A DNA stretch of 64,000 nt from Ramazzottius varieornatus. Its lineage: Eukaryota > Animalia > Tardigrada. Shown here piece by piece: positions 38,661-51,928 of this stretch. A model generated the notes under the pieces. That model searched no databases. It saw only the letters and a list, made by a program, of their open reading frames with translations, and was not told the DNA's origin. A program made the translations under genes and the position numbers. The DNA is taken from assembly GCA_001949185.1 (NCBI GenBank), contig BDGG01000012.1, positions 674,973-738,972 on the forward strand, given 5' to 3'. The number at the start of each line of letters is the position of its first letter. Position 1 is the stretch's first letter.

Positions 38661-39883
38661 ATGTTCCTTCCAAGTCGGACACACCATCTGGGGCGACGGA
38701 TGATCGTGTCGAATGCATCGTCCTGGACAGCAGCCGCTGTGCGGTACAGCGAGAACGGTGATCCGGAAAAGGTGCTGGAGCTGACGGAAGAATCCGTATC
38801 AGGCGATCTGGGAGAAGGCAATGTGGCCCTGAAGTTGCTGGCTGCACCTGTCAACCCTGCTGACATCAACACGATCCAAGGAGTATACGGGATCAAACCC
38901 CCTCTTCCAGCGACGCCAGGTGGAGAAGGCCTTGCAGAAGTGCTAGACGTGGGCACACATGTAAGAAATGTGCAGAAAGGAGATCGAGTCATCTTCTCCG
39001 CTCCTATGCTCGGCACCTGGAGGACATACACCACAGCCTCCGCTACGCAAGTGCTGAAGATCTCTAAAGAAATTCCTCTCATTGCAGGCGCCACGATCAC
39101 CATCAACCCACCGACCGCTTTCCGAATGTTGTATGACTTCGTGGTAAGATTACCTTCCTTTCCAAACATTCCTTCATTAAGCCGACAGTTTCGCATTCTT
39201 TTAGGGCTTACGGAAGAACGACGTGATAGTACAGAATGCTGCCAACTCTGCTGTGGGTCAAGCTGTGATACAGATTGCAGCGGCGAATAACTGGAGGACA
39301 GTCAACATTATTCGTGACCGTCCCAACAAGGCAGACACTGTCCAGTTTCTTTCCTCTTTGGGAGCCACACATGTCATAACGGACGCGGACTTTAAGCGGA
39401 AAGAAGTTCTACAAAGTCTACCGAAAGCTCAACTAGGACTGAACGCGGTCTCGGGGAAAGCCGTGGCGGACATGGTGAAGCTAATGAACGACCGGTCGAC
39501 ATTGGTCACTTACGGCGGAATGTCCAAACAACCGCTTCTCATACCGACCACTGCTCTGATCTTCAAGGTACGTTGTGTAATAGAGAACATATTAACTTGG
39601 TGTCTGAACTGGTTGTTTATAGGATATCATCTGCTGCGGGTTTTGGGTGTCGAGATGGAATGACGAGAACTCGACGGAAGAACGGATTGAGATGCTGGAT
39701 AGCCTGACGTCTCTGATAAAGGATGGCAAGCTAAAACCTCCCCAAGTTGAACCTGTCTTGCTGAAAGATTTCAAGCAGGCGATTCAACGGTCGCAGGAAG
39801 GGTTCTCAAATAGAAAGCAATTACTTGTGATGGACGAGCAAATCATGACCACCGTCCAGCAGGAGATCGAAGCAAACCGGTGA
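38661..39883 (+). CDS. MECR: Mitochondrial trans-2-enoyl-ACP/CoA reductase (3 exons)
   Basis: LAAPVNPADINTIQGVYG, GTWRT, TINPPTAFRML, QNAANSAVGQAVIQIA, LVTYGGMSKQP, GFWVSRW. Confidence 0.96.
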
Positions 39884-40425
39884 GGCTCTCTCATTGTTTT
39901 TTGCTAGTGTTCTTTTCAGCCACTGTACTCGGGGCAGAAAAGTTCTTGTTCTTGTTTTAACAGTCGAGTACCCGTTTTTGGATTTCGATAAATTTGTGAC
40001 GAATTAGTTTGTCAACGATTTAACGCTGTTGCTTCTCGATTAAGGCTTCGTTATCTTCATTGAATCGACTGCCGCGATGGTTTCAGACTTCCAAGTTTGC
40101 AAGCAGTGTGTCGGGCTTCAAGGCACGGTGAGAGCACGGAAGTGTTGAATTCTCAGAGATTGGTCATATCTTTGCGAAAATCTCAAGAAGCTTGCCAGGG
40201 CACAAGCGAATATCAAGTCATTTCCGGCTAGTTCTTCCAAGCTTTCTATGCGGACATGTTTTTACAGTATCGCTCAAAGTTCAGAATCTTTACGCTGGAC
40301 TGAACTTTGTCGCCAGGAAAATCCACCTAACAGTTGCTAAATCAAATCTACATGTCGTGAGCTGTATAAAGAAGGTACTTGGCAGTCCCTTCTCTTCGAA
40401 TCATCCTTCTCACTTTCTTTACAAC

Positions 40426-41899
40426 ATGGCGAGAATATTCCTCTACGCCGCGCTTTGCGCCTGTATCTCCCAAGGTAAGCTGGACCAGTTGCTTTTCTTC
40501 GCTACTTTGGAATGCGCAAGCGTACTTTCGAATCATGTGAAAATGCTTGAAGGTTTTCTCTATCGTTTGTAGTGGCCGTTGGGCAATCAAATTCCACCAC
40601 CCAAAGCAGCACAACCGGTCTCTCCGGCACAAGCAAGATGGCTGCCACTGGCAACTTCGGCAGCGACACCTGGGGTAACTCTGGGCAGCAGAACCAGCAA
40701 TACGCCGCTGGACGACTGGGCATGGATAGCTGGGGACCCGTCGGCTCGAACTCTGGATCTAACGATACTCTCAGCTTAGCCAACCAAGCACCTGTCACAC
40801 AGTTTTTCGTGCAGCTCATCCAAGGCCAGGGTTTTGGCTTGAAGAAATGCAAGAAACCCAAGGATTGTGGACTTGGATTACGTTGTGACATGCTGCTCAA
40901 TCTATGCGTCCCCATGAATACTCCAGTCTTCTCTGATATCGGTAAGCCGTTGGTACCTTGGTCGTTCAGTTTTCCAAGCGGAAGTCAACTTCAGCTTGGC
41001 TAAAGTAGAGGTAATATCGGCAACTGTGAGTGATGGAGGCATTTTGTTGTACTACTAGAGAAGGCCTGCAGTACTGATACGGAGTGCTCTGGTCTGCATT
41101 CGTGCCAAGGAGGTCTCTGCCGTTTTTGCGGCCCCAAGAGCTGCCGCAGTAATCAAGACTGCTGCCTGGGCTCCTTCGCTACTGCTGGTGAACCCGGAAA
41201 GTTCTACGAGTGCCTCAACGTTGAAGACCGCGAAAACCTTGCGCTGGCGAAACAGCTGGGCAAGGTGCCGGCTAACTACCAGCCATTGCCAAAGTCGGCT
41301 GGCGGCAAGAGCGAAGAGTACGAAGTCGAATCAAACGAACTGATGCAGCTGGGCTATATGCCTCAACGTAGCACCGCCTTCCAAGGAAACAGATGTTGGG
41401 CCCGTAAGTAGACTCTCCGCATTGTCAGATGGCCCGGCTAGCAAAACGACGGATAGGTGGATGTACTTTTGGTGTTGTTACAGGATGCAACGCTGACAAC
41501 GACTGCTATACATCCACGATGCCTTCGGCGACCAAGCAACAGCTCGGCTGCTGCAACGGAGTGTGTACCGCCAGGTCGGCGTGTGTCTCAGTGCCTCAGC
41601 CGATTGTTCAGCAGTACCAGCAGATGCAGCAGCAGAGGATGCAGCAGCAAATGATGTGGAACCAGCAAGTAGCCCAGGCCTCCGCTGCCCAACAGCAACA
41701 AACATGGCAGCAACAGGCTCAACAGCAGCTGGCTGGCCAGACACACTCCCCTGGAGCTTGGGGAGCCGGTGGACATCATCTGGCACAAGCTGTGCAAAGC
41801 GGCTGGAATGCCCAGCCGCAAGTGGTGGTCGCTAATGTCCAGCCTGTCCCCGCTACATGGGAACAAGCCCAACAGCAGAAACCGACATGGCAAGGATAG
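40426..41899 (+). CDS. Secreted Cys-rich protein with CxxxxD/EC modules and a Gln/Trp-rich tail (4 exons)
   Basis: Signal peptide MARIFLYAALCACISQ, modules CKKPKDC, CSTDTEC, CRSNQDCC and CNADNDC, a poly-Q tail, and a C-terminus of TWQG*. Confidence 0.8.
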
Positions 41900-42784
41900 A
41901 ATTCTGTCATAGAAAGAAAAAGGATTCTCTTTTGTTGTCACTGTTCCGTCATAGTTTTCTGTAGTGACAGCACACGTCGCACGTATCCTGAATCCACTCT
42001 CTGTTTTATTTACGTGTTGGCATCTTGTTAGGCTTTGTTTCAATGAGCGACGACAAGGGTTTTGAGTGCGGCGTATGTTGTTTTCGCGGCCGTAAGCTCC
42101 GAACAGGGAAGTGAGATAAAATCACGATGGTAGAATGACTTCCGCGAACACCGACTTGCTTTCTGAGATTATTCTGCATGGTAAGATGGCAACAGATAGT
42201 CGTCTTCGGAAGTGTTCAAGTCACAAGTGCTTCCGCCTAGCGAAAAAGGACCTTCGACCCTGACCGGTCAGACGGTAACTTGACATGGCCATGAGAACTG
42301 GACCAACTCGTTTCGTCCCATATCAGATGTCGCAGGCGTCGCCCTTACAGTGGTATCTGGATATACTATAGCATCGGATAATGGATGTCGAGATCTTTTT
42401 TTTCTAACTTCTAAGATATTTCATGGGCTAAAATGTAAAATCACTCTCTTGAAAAATGAGACAAAAAGCTCGGATCCGTATTCGCTGCACGAAAAACTGG
42501 AATATAAGGTTGGAAAAACCAACCGGAATTGACCAAGAAAGCACACTGAATCGTGCCGAACAAAGGGCAGGGAGACTTTGGGAGAAATTAGTGGGAGAAA
42601 TCTACCAGAATGCGTCACACCGTTAAGAGGGGGGAACCGTTACAAAGACACGTTCACAAGCGAACTACCAGCCAGCCGTAACAAAATTCAATAATCATAA
42701 CTCTGACTTCTTTGCAATTTGAACCACGCCGGAAATGAGCGGCGGGATGGCTCCTCAACGAGTCAGCCCTCAGGGACCGATGTG

Positions 42785-45700
42785 TCATATCTGTTCAACA
42801 TAGCAGGCAGGGAAGGCCCCGTTTTTCCCTCGTAATTCTCCTCTCCACCTGTCAAGAGCACAAGCTATAAAGCAATCGTTGTTGATTAAAGCAAATAAAC
42901 TATGGTCTTCCGCCGGAAGTGTGATTCATGCAGTCGTAAGACACTTACCATCCATCACTCTGCTTCGCGTGAATGAAGATGATGTCTCCTGAGAAAACAC
43001 AACAAAAGAATATGTTAGCGGATCGGAAAGCCCTGGTTGAGTCAGGCCATAAACGTGACTAAGTGCGCAGTTAAAAGTATTAGCGGCGAACGTGCCAATC
43101 GATGGCCAAGCATTCATAAAACCGGTTCGCCGCGATAGTGTCGCGCGCAACAAGTATAGCTCGGCGAATATAACTCAACAAGGCTGTTTTCCCAAGTGGC
43201 GCACGTTTTCGGTGTTTTTGGCTTAAAGTGTGCGTCACGTGGAAAGCCGACCCCGTCGAGTTTGTCTGCCGAGCTCTCAATTTTTTTACTCTTTTCGTTC
43301 TTATAAAAATAGATGATTTTGCAAAATAGAGGTATTTTCCCGGTGTAGAAAATGCAATCTGAGTGACTGTTATGTACCTGGATAGGTCGTTAGTTCGTCA
43401 GGCATTCTGGCTTGGTACTCGTAAAGAACTCTACATTTCCCTTTGACCGCTTCCGAATAAGGAGGTGGCATTTCGACAGCAGGAGGCGAGCCACTATCGA
43501 CGGTATCACCTGAGTGCGGCATATTGGGATAGATCTTTGAGTTTTGGTGTTGCAGTATCGCGGCTTGTCGTGTTCCGTCTTTGCGACCAATGGAGTTGGG
43601 TGCGGACGAGGAACTGCTACGTGAAGTCATTCGCTCTAGATTTCCTCGTGAACCATTGCGTTCCATTTGGTTTGGAGGACTTCCTGGTGGTGCTGTGGAG
43701 ATGATGTTGCCGTTCTCGTCCGGTCGTAAATCTCGGGCGACCCACTCGGGAATGCGGAGAATGGTCATGGGAAGACCATTCTTGTCACGGTCACGTTCCA
43801 TGAATCTCTGCAGGGGGTGTCGCGGCTTCTCCGTACCTTCAGTGTAGAAAACTCGCATGTAACAACGCACAACATAAAACACGCGGGAAGTCAGAAAGAG
43901 AACTGCTGTCCTCGACGAACTACTACAATCTTGCAGGCACCTGCATACCGTATACCACGCTTGATGTCTAATATCATGTGTGCATGTGCGCAATGGGTAA
44001 GTACGGTCTACTGAAAGGTATTCGAACAGTCCGTGCCCATGTTGCGTCTACCTGCATACACACGCACCACGATGATTGCATAGCCAAGAGTATGCAGGTA
44101 CATGATGTGTGCAGATAATTTGACGCCTCTTAGGTCTTACCTTCGATGTCCGCTAGGGCGACCAGGATTTTGTGATGGCAAGCATGCAGGAAGCGCAGCA
44201 TGGCTTCACTTTGCGCCATCTTCTCCGACACCTCCATCTGTCCATCTTCTGTAGAAAAATTGGGTGTCTCACGGTAGGCTTGGGCTAAGTGTCCGATGCC
44301 TGTTAGTGGGGGAAGGAGAGAAGCATGGGTTAGTTGGCTATCATGCAGGAACGTTACGTTATGACTATGCATTAGCTGTGAATGTTGGTCATAAGTCATA
44401 AATAGCGTAATTAAGTAAATAAAAGTGCCCATGCTGTGTGTTAGTTTCGGTATCAACCCACGGCATGCCCTCAAGCAAAAACAAGCCAGTAATTTATTCA
44501 TAGAACCGCTAAAAATAACCAAGCTTACTTACCGTCGCGACTTTTCACTTCCTTTTGAATGTCTTCGGTAATTATAAGATGCAGCTTCTGAAGCGCTTCG
44601 ATACGACGTTCTTTGGTCATCACATTTACCCGATCCTCGGCCTGCGGAAACAGATCACAATGAGAGAAATTCATGCAAAACTACCGCTCTTTCATGAATC
44701 TGTATATCCACCATCTGCGGAAAACGTATATGTAAACGTATGCAGGTTCATGAAAGCTGTACAAAGCTGTCAGTTTGTAAAACAGAAGATACTTACAAAG
44801 AAATCACATAATATTTGCTCCTGGATGTTGGGCGAAGTTCCACGTTCCGAGATAATACTTTGCACATCCAAGTTGAGGTCGACACGAGCCATATGTTCGC
44901 GCATCTTCTCGCATATTTGCAGATACTTTTGCGGTACGGTGGCCATCAAGTTGACGTACTTGATGCCGGTATCTTGCAGGAACTTTCGGCGTTCTTCTTC
45001 GACACTCTGCAGGTGATTGGCGGACTTGAACAAGACAATCTCCCAGTCTTGACGGGCTCGCTCCGATCGTATGGTACAGTCATGGTACTCCCGTTCTTCA
45101 TGGCGCACCGCGTCGGCTAACTTGTGCTTCTTGGCTTGGAGTTTCCCCACTTCCTTCTCGGACGAAGTCTTGACTTTGCCCAGCTTCACACCGTGGATCT
45201 GCTCTTGGAGCTTTTCCAGATCCTTCCACAGTATGTAACTGTTCTTCTTTATCTACATAACCGCATAACGACTTCAGATAAAAGCGTTAAGGGAAACGTG
45301 GACAAACGAACTGAACCAGATCGTTGTCTCAAGTGCCGCACGTTTTCATCATTATTGGCCTAATGCGTGCACCGCTTCGAAAACCAATCTCGTTCAGATA
45401 ATTTGCCCACGTGCCAATCTCCATGATACTATTCTACCGACTAATTGACTGGTTGATCGTTAGTGTTACTAACGATCGTTTGTTGATATTGAAATTCGAG
45501 CGGTTATTTGTGCACGGTCGTTGTTTGTCAACGACCCAGGAAGGAAAAGTAAACTGGCTCTTCATAGTGATATTCACCTTGAATTCGTCGGCCCGCTTAT
45601 CCATCAGCGTCTTTTCGGCCCTTTCAACAACGGCTTCAATCTGCGGAAAAGTAGAACATTGTTGATTTAGTCTCGCCATGATTTTTGCACGCTGTTTCAT

Positions 45701-48147
45701 AATGACAGCATATTGTGCATTGTCGAAAGGACGCGACGCTTCGTACCGCTTTGCGTGATTTGCTGTGAGTGTCGTTGAGAACACGAAGTGGCTGAGTTAC
45801 TTCGGCCGCCACAAAGTCCGCCACAGAGCTGCAATTATACGCCAACACACAAACGTTTTTTTATCTACTTCATCACTCTCCAACCAAGCATGGGGATTAA
45901 TTACCGGTGAAGCTCCGCTTCCATCTCCATTTCCGTAGCCACTCCGATCCAGGCGTTGGCTAACGTCCTATACGGCAGGGAAAAAACTTCTCAATTAGCG
46001 ACAGTCGATAACATGTAATTTTCTTCAAATTAAAATTCGCTATCACGGCCACCCACTCAACCAGACCTGCTTGCCACAAGGCCAAACAGTTTAGTCGACT
46101 TCGAGCCGGAATAGTTTGAAATACAATCGGTTCTTCGTTGTGCGTACTTACCCAACAGCGTCTTTGGAAACCTTGGCTAACCGAGTCGCTATCTTGGAAA
46201 GACCTTTGGCGTAATTAGCTTCCAGTTCCGACCTGAAATGGTCAAAAAACACACTTGAAGTTGGCCTGGTATAGAAGGTTGTCATTTCGAAGAAAAGTGG
46301 AGCGAAACAGTTTTTCTTCTTTACTTGCGCGTGTCCATTAGTTATTGATTAATATAGGAGCCGGGAAAATAAATCGAACCAGATCGTTTTCGCACGCGGC
46401 GCACGTTCTCGTTACCATTAGCTACAAGAGTGCGCCACTTCCGAAAGCAATCTGCCTTGATTCATTTGCCCAACTCTCCTATTATGAAAAATAATGGAAG
46501 AAAATATTTCCCTCATCAGATGAACTGATTACTCAGTTCTCGTCTTGCTACTGAGGCATGTCGGCGAGAAAAAAAACTGATAACATAAGCCCAGTGTTAA
46601 AAAATAGACGCGCCGTCCTCTGTGACTACGAGTGCGCTATCAAGCGACAACAAACTTTTATCGACCATAATAACCCTGCGCAAACATGAGCAACTCTTCA
46701 TTGTCCAATATTCAGTTGATCGCTATACCTTTCTTGCAGGATGGAAGAGAGCTCCTTAGCGAATTCCGCGCTCTGCTTGATGTATCTTCGTAGTTCCAGA
46801 AAGCCATTGGTACCCTGAAAAGACAGCAAAAAGAAGCACATTAGACGATGAGGTCAACCACAATATAGACGCGAGGCACACCTCTAATCACACAATTCAG
46901 CACATTAGAGTGTCAGAGCTATGACGCGTCTTCACTATAGACTGTCGTTCTTCAACCACATAAACCCTATTATGTTTCCGCAAGTCTGAAGATAGCGATA
47001 AGTAGAGCCATCGAGATGTTACTCATGGAGAAGATGTTTAATCAAGTCAATCAAACAAACCGAGTCTTCCTTGGTCGGATCGGGAAGTGGACTCTTGTGG
47101 TTGCCTCGGCTGAAGCTTAGCGAGCTCAAGCGCCATCCCGACTTGGACTTGCCCAGTGTCCCCCCGCTCCGCCTGACAGTTCCTCCTTGCGATGCGGACA
47201 TGTTGGAGATGTTGGAAAGCGACCCCATACTGGAAGTACTGGAGTGCCGTTCAATGTTGGAATCACTATAGTACCCGTCCATGGATTCGTGCATTAAGTA
47301 CGGTAGATAAGAGTAAACACACCACTACGAGAGCGAAGGAATCTCGTCCTCGAACAGACCCGGTACAACAACAACGAGATACAATGCCACTTTTCGGTGC
47401 TGCTGTGTGCTCAACACGCACGGAACAGCGCGAGATAATCCGCAGATGTGCCCGCAGGGCGAAAACTGTCAAAAGTCTCAATGGTGCACCAAATTACCCA
47501 AGCATAGCTGCCTACGTTTCAACAGTGTGAATCAGCGCAAGAGATGAAACCTGAGACGGCTCAGTAAATAGTACCAACTAGTACCCATGGCAAGCTCTTG
47601 AATATGATGGCCTTCGTTAGTTAATGCTGTGTCTGCGGGAATTTCTAACTCTTCATTCCTACAACGCATTCCTCCGCCTCTTGTTCACATTGTTCGTTTC
47701 ATCCAGCCTTGCAAAAAGAGGTCCCTGCCTTTCCTCTAAAATTAACATCGCTCGATCTATTCTCACACAACACAACGGACCCGTTTTATCGATCGAGGAC
47801 GGGACGGTCGATGTGTCACTCAAATCTGACAAACACTCGCATCTCACACGCGTGACCCAAAGATACCACGTGATACCTCAAGACCCAGACAGACAGACCC
47901 AAGTGCGCGAAGTGATCGGGGTAAGGAACCCAGCGAAGAACACACATCAAAGACGGAAGTCCGTGCTATCTCAAACTCCAGAAACTGTTCGAACGCCTTT
48001 CCGAAACCATATCAAGTGGACAAAAGACTAACGAAAAGTACTTACAGTATCGTCCTCCTTGCACAAGGCAGCAGCATATCGTGGTTTGAGCGGAGGCGGC
48101 GAACCTCGACGGTTCGGGCTCGACTGGACACACGCGGTATTCCCCAT
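42785..48147 (-). CDS. NOSTRIN: NOSTRIN-like F-BAR / HR1 / SH3 protein, multi-exon; 5' end uncertain
   Basis: GTNGFLELRRYIKQSAEFAKELSSILQER..LEANYAKGLSK (F-BAR), LAQAYRETPNF (HR1), CRVLYEYQARMPDEL..GWWRGEL..G.FPACYVE (SH3). Confidence 0.85.
43158..43278. repeat. Intronic fold-back element, copy 8
   Basis: agctcggcgaatataactcaac..ttcccaagtggcgcac..gtgcgtcac..gtcgagtttgtctgccgagct. Confidence 0.85.
45291..45422. repeat. Intronic fold-back element, copy 9
   Basis: cgtggacaaacgaactgaaccagatcg..aagtgccgcacg..cgtgcaccgctt..aatctcgttcagataatttgcccacg. Confidence 0.85.
46357..46479. repeat. Intronic fold-back element, copy 10
   Basis: ggagccgggaaaataaatcgaaccagatcg..gcggcgcac..gtgcgccactt..aatctgccttgattcatttgcccaactctcc. 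Confidence 0.88.
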
Positions 48148-50049
48148 TCCTTCAACAGTATCAATACTCTCCAATCGGGCTCGCAGTAAAACTTTACTGT
48201 GCCCTAGAAAAACTATCGCAGTATCTGCTAAGCATGATGAAAAGAGGAAAGACTTTGCCGGTACTTGTTGAGCTTCGATGAATAAAAGAAGGAAAATACC
48301 TGACTAAGCTTCTCAAGTTTCCCCCAGCGCGGACGGACTGTGGCAATGAGTTCTTTACTTCTGTACCGTCAGCTTTTGTATTTTCACACAGTGTTTTGCC
48401 GGGTAAATTACAGCTCAGGACGGTAACGAAGAGGAAGAGTGGTCGGAATGGCCGATAAGCCCTCCTCTTGAAACCCGATACACTTTCGAATGAAGAGAGA
48501 CTTCCTCAGCGCGGTTCTTTCTTCTGTTAAAGCGTACCACGTGACGCGCTGCAAGAATCTGGCGCGGATGACTCATAGTTGCCTATGGAATTTGCATGTA
48601 CGCCTAACATCCTAAAAACTAGCAGAGTAAGATCGATCGATAATTAAGCCTCTATCTCGCAAAGTGCCACAGCACAGCAGGTGCTATTCTGGTTCCACGG
48701 TCTTTTCCCTCGATCTGATGAAATCTCATGTCACTGCGGGTGAATCATCCCGACCAACCGGAAAGCCTTTGACAAAAAGAGGCCACGTGGAATTTCTAAT
48801 GAAGTACAAGTGCTTGTTTAGTCACAGTTTAATAATTGCCTTGCTATCGTTACATGCACGTTCTGCTGTGCGAAGCGTCGAAATCACTTTGCATCAACTT
48901 CAAGTGCTTATTCAAGACTTACCCAAAAGGCATCCACAAAGTCGAAGGCCAGAGACTTTGGTGATAGGATTCTCATGGTCAAGCATAGGCGTTGTCATGC
49001 TTCTTCTTGACGCGGGGCTTCGTTACGACCAAGCTTTTCTGAAGACAGGAAAAGAAAACATTGAACAACCTTACTAAGACGGATGTCGACAGCGGCAAGA
49101 AACGCATCAACGAAAGAATACAGTTGCCGATCAGTCCGTTCAACTGACCGGATTACATTTCTCCATCAACAACACTGCATAGCAAATGACTTACTCAAAC
49201 TCTTCTCTTGAAATATGAGGGCCGTGTAGAAGTTGCCGCATCCGGTCGCGCACAGTCCGCCTTCTCCAGGGTGGTAGTGGGTATATTGAAGTTAGGCTGG
49301 TTTTTGAGACTCGCATTGTGGCAGAACAGGTGGACACAAAGATCAGCCTGCAACGAAATACATGCCGTGCTTATGCCAGATAGAAAATGTTGTGAGTCAA
49401 GCTTTGGACGAAACAGCGCTTAATTTACAGCGAAAGCCAGAACACACCCTGGTTCAACTTTCCTCTTGCGCAACTAAACTTACAGGTATAGCGCTCATAT
49501 TTAATGCCATATACAGACAAATATGAGCTCATCGAACAGGTAGACAGCCTTGCAGCTAGCAAAACCTTGATTATCGCCGTGAACCGGTGAGAAAACCACG
49601 CCCTTACCGAAACATGCTATATTCACCCAAAACAGAAAGTGTCCAGTCCGAGGCCTGCTTTGTACTCCGACTTCCGAAAACAGGCTCCGTGACATCCGAG
49701 AGACTTCCTTCCTTCTGACCCTAGCTTTCAATAGAAGTGCGAAGAACTTGGTCGCGGGTTCACGACTATGTTCAGTGAGTATACCGACTTGCACATGCGT
49801 GCCGTATGGTACCAAAACAATCAAAGATCAAGCCAGCCAAGCGTACCAATTCAATCAATCAAGTCTCCATACCATAATAAAGCCAGGCCGAACGGTACAC
49901 GTTATGTGACGCACTCCGCAGTCGCATCGCATCTTGAAGATTTTGTCCGAAATTTTGTTCAGTCTTGTTGGGTTTGATCTTGTCATCCGGGATACGTGCT
50001 GGCTCCAGATCTTCGTATTTAGCTGGAGAACACGACGGATTAAGCCAGC

Positions 50050-51876
50050 ATGAAGCTTGTCAACAAGTACATTGATAGGGATGGCAAAGGGTAAGCTTAC
50101 CGGCGGAACATTCGCATTCTCTTCTCACCGTTCGTCACGTTGTTGTGTTTCGATTCCAGGCGCGTCAAAATCATCTGCGAAGAGGCCGAGGATATGTGGC
50201 AGGCTTACAATTTGATAGCTGTAGGAGATCAGATCCATGCTTCCACCATCAGGTTCGTACCGTCCGAACGAAGGAAGATAGTCCATTCTTCAACAACCGT
50301 AAATCCGTAGGAAAGTCAATCAGGAATCGGCCACGGGATCATCCAACAGTATGCGAGTACGAACGTCGCTAACACTGGCCGTCGAGAATGTTGAGTTCGA
50401 TACTCAAGCAGGAATGCTCCGGATTAAGGGAAGAAATATGGAAGAAAATGACTATGTTAAGGTACGGTTGACAGTACATGCGTATTTGATTCAATCAAGT
50501 TGAGCAATCAACCGTTCGATTTGCTGTTATACGTGGCGAGGTCTTGTGGCACTCAAATAATGTAGGGCCGCAAGTCTTGTTTGATTGGTTTGTCCATTAT
50601 CCGCTGACCGGAAGTGGACGTCCACTGCGTATTGTAATGATCCTTTCTATTGTTCTAGCTGGGCGCCTATCATACGATCGACCTGGAATTAACTCGTCCT
50701 TTCACCATCCACAAGGACTTGTGGGACAGTGTTGCTCTCGATCGCTTAAGTAGGTTACGACGCACTGCGGTTCACCACCGTACCATCATGGCTGATCTGA
50801 ATATCTTCCAGTTTTCGCCACCGATGTGACAAAGCATGCCGACCTTGCTGCTGTGGTCATGCAGGAGGGTCTGGCCAACATTTGCCTCATCACTCCCAGT
50901 ATGACGATAGTAAGAGCCAAGATCGACATTACAGTTCCACGGAAGAGGAAAGGAATAGTACAGCAACACGAAAAGGTATCACTACTTTGATCTGTACCCT
51001 CGGAATACTTTTCGGTATGACAACAATGGATCATTCTTACAGGGTCTCCACAAGTTCTTCGATGCCATAATACAGGGCATCCTTCGGCACATCGATTTCT
51101 CTGTCGTGAAGTGCGTGATCCTAGCCAGTCCTGGCTTCGTCAAAGACCAACTCCATGAATACATGCTCCAATGGGCGTCAAAGATGGACGAGAGAAAGAT
51201 TACGGATAACAAATCGAAATTTGTTCTGTCCCACTGCTCTTCTGGATTCAAGCACTCTGTCAAAGGTAAGTGCGAACCTTGAAGCACAGAATCGCTCGAT
51301 GCAATGCCGTTGTACTTAGCTCTGTTCTGCAGAGCTTTTAGCGGACCCAAACCTCGCAACCAGGCTATCGGAGACGAAGGCCGCTGGAGAAGTCAAAGCT
51401 TTAGATGCATTTTATCAAATGATGCATACTGATCCGACAAGAGCGTATTACGGGTAAATACAGAATTATGTTCTTTTAACTTTGACAGCTCAAACTTGAG
51501 AATTATTCTTTTTAGAATAAATCACGTGGAGAAGGCAAACAATAGTCAAGCTTTGGAGCTTCTGCTCGTATCCGACGAGCTATTCAGGTAAATGCAACTT
51601 TTACTGGTATTCTTTGGCGTTTTCCATAAACACTGCGTAGTGAATAACAATGGTGCGATTTCTCTTTGTAGATCTTCGAACGTAAACTTGAGGAAGAGGT
51701 ACGTCAAGTTGGTAGAGAGCGCGAAGGAGAACGGGTGTGAAGTCAAGATCTTCTCATCCATGCATGTGTCCGGAGAGTCCCTCAGCCAACTTTCGGGGAT
51801 TGCCGCCGTTCTGAGGTTTCCCATGCCTGAGATCGAAGATGAAGAGGAGGAGTTGAATGGGCATCCGGAAGACTGA
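50050..51876 (+). CDS. PELO: Pelota (Dom34) ribosome-rescue factor, multi-exon
   Basis: [85 protein letters not shown]. Confidence 0.97.
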
Positions 51877-51928
51877 ACGGACTGTCCTGTACTTTTATTT
51901 ATTAGATATTGACTGCTCTCTTGAACGC

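Noticed and set aside
38453-39196. Long antisense ORF over MECR (similar ones at 15698-16258 and 26594-26962)
   Set aside because: Shadow ORFs of coding sequence on the other strand, with no independent motifs.
50495-50600. Possible thirteenth hairpin copy in a pelota intron
   Set aside because: Only a vague resemblance (gagcaatcaa..gtggcg..ttgattggtttgtcca); too decayed to count without a profile search.
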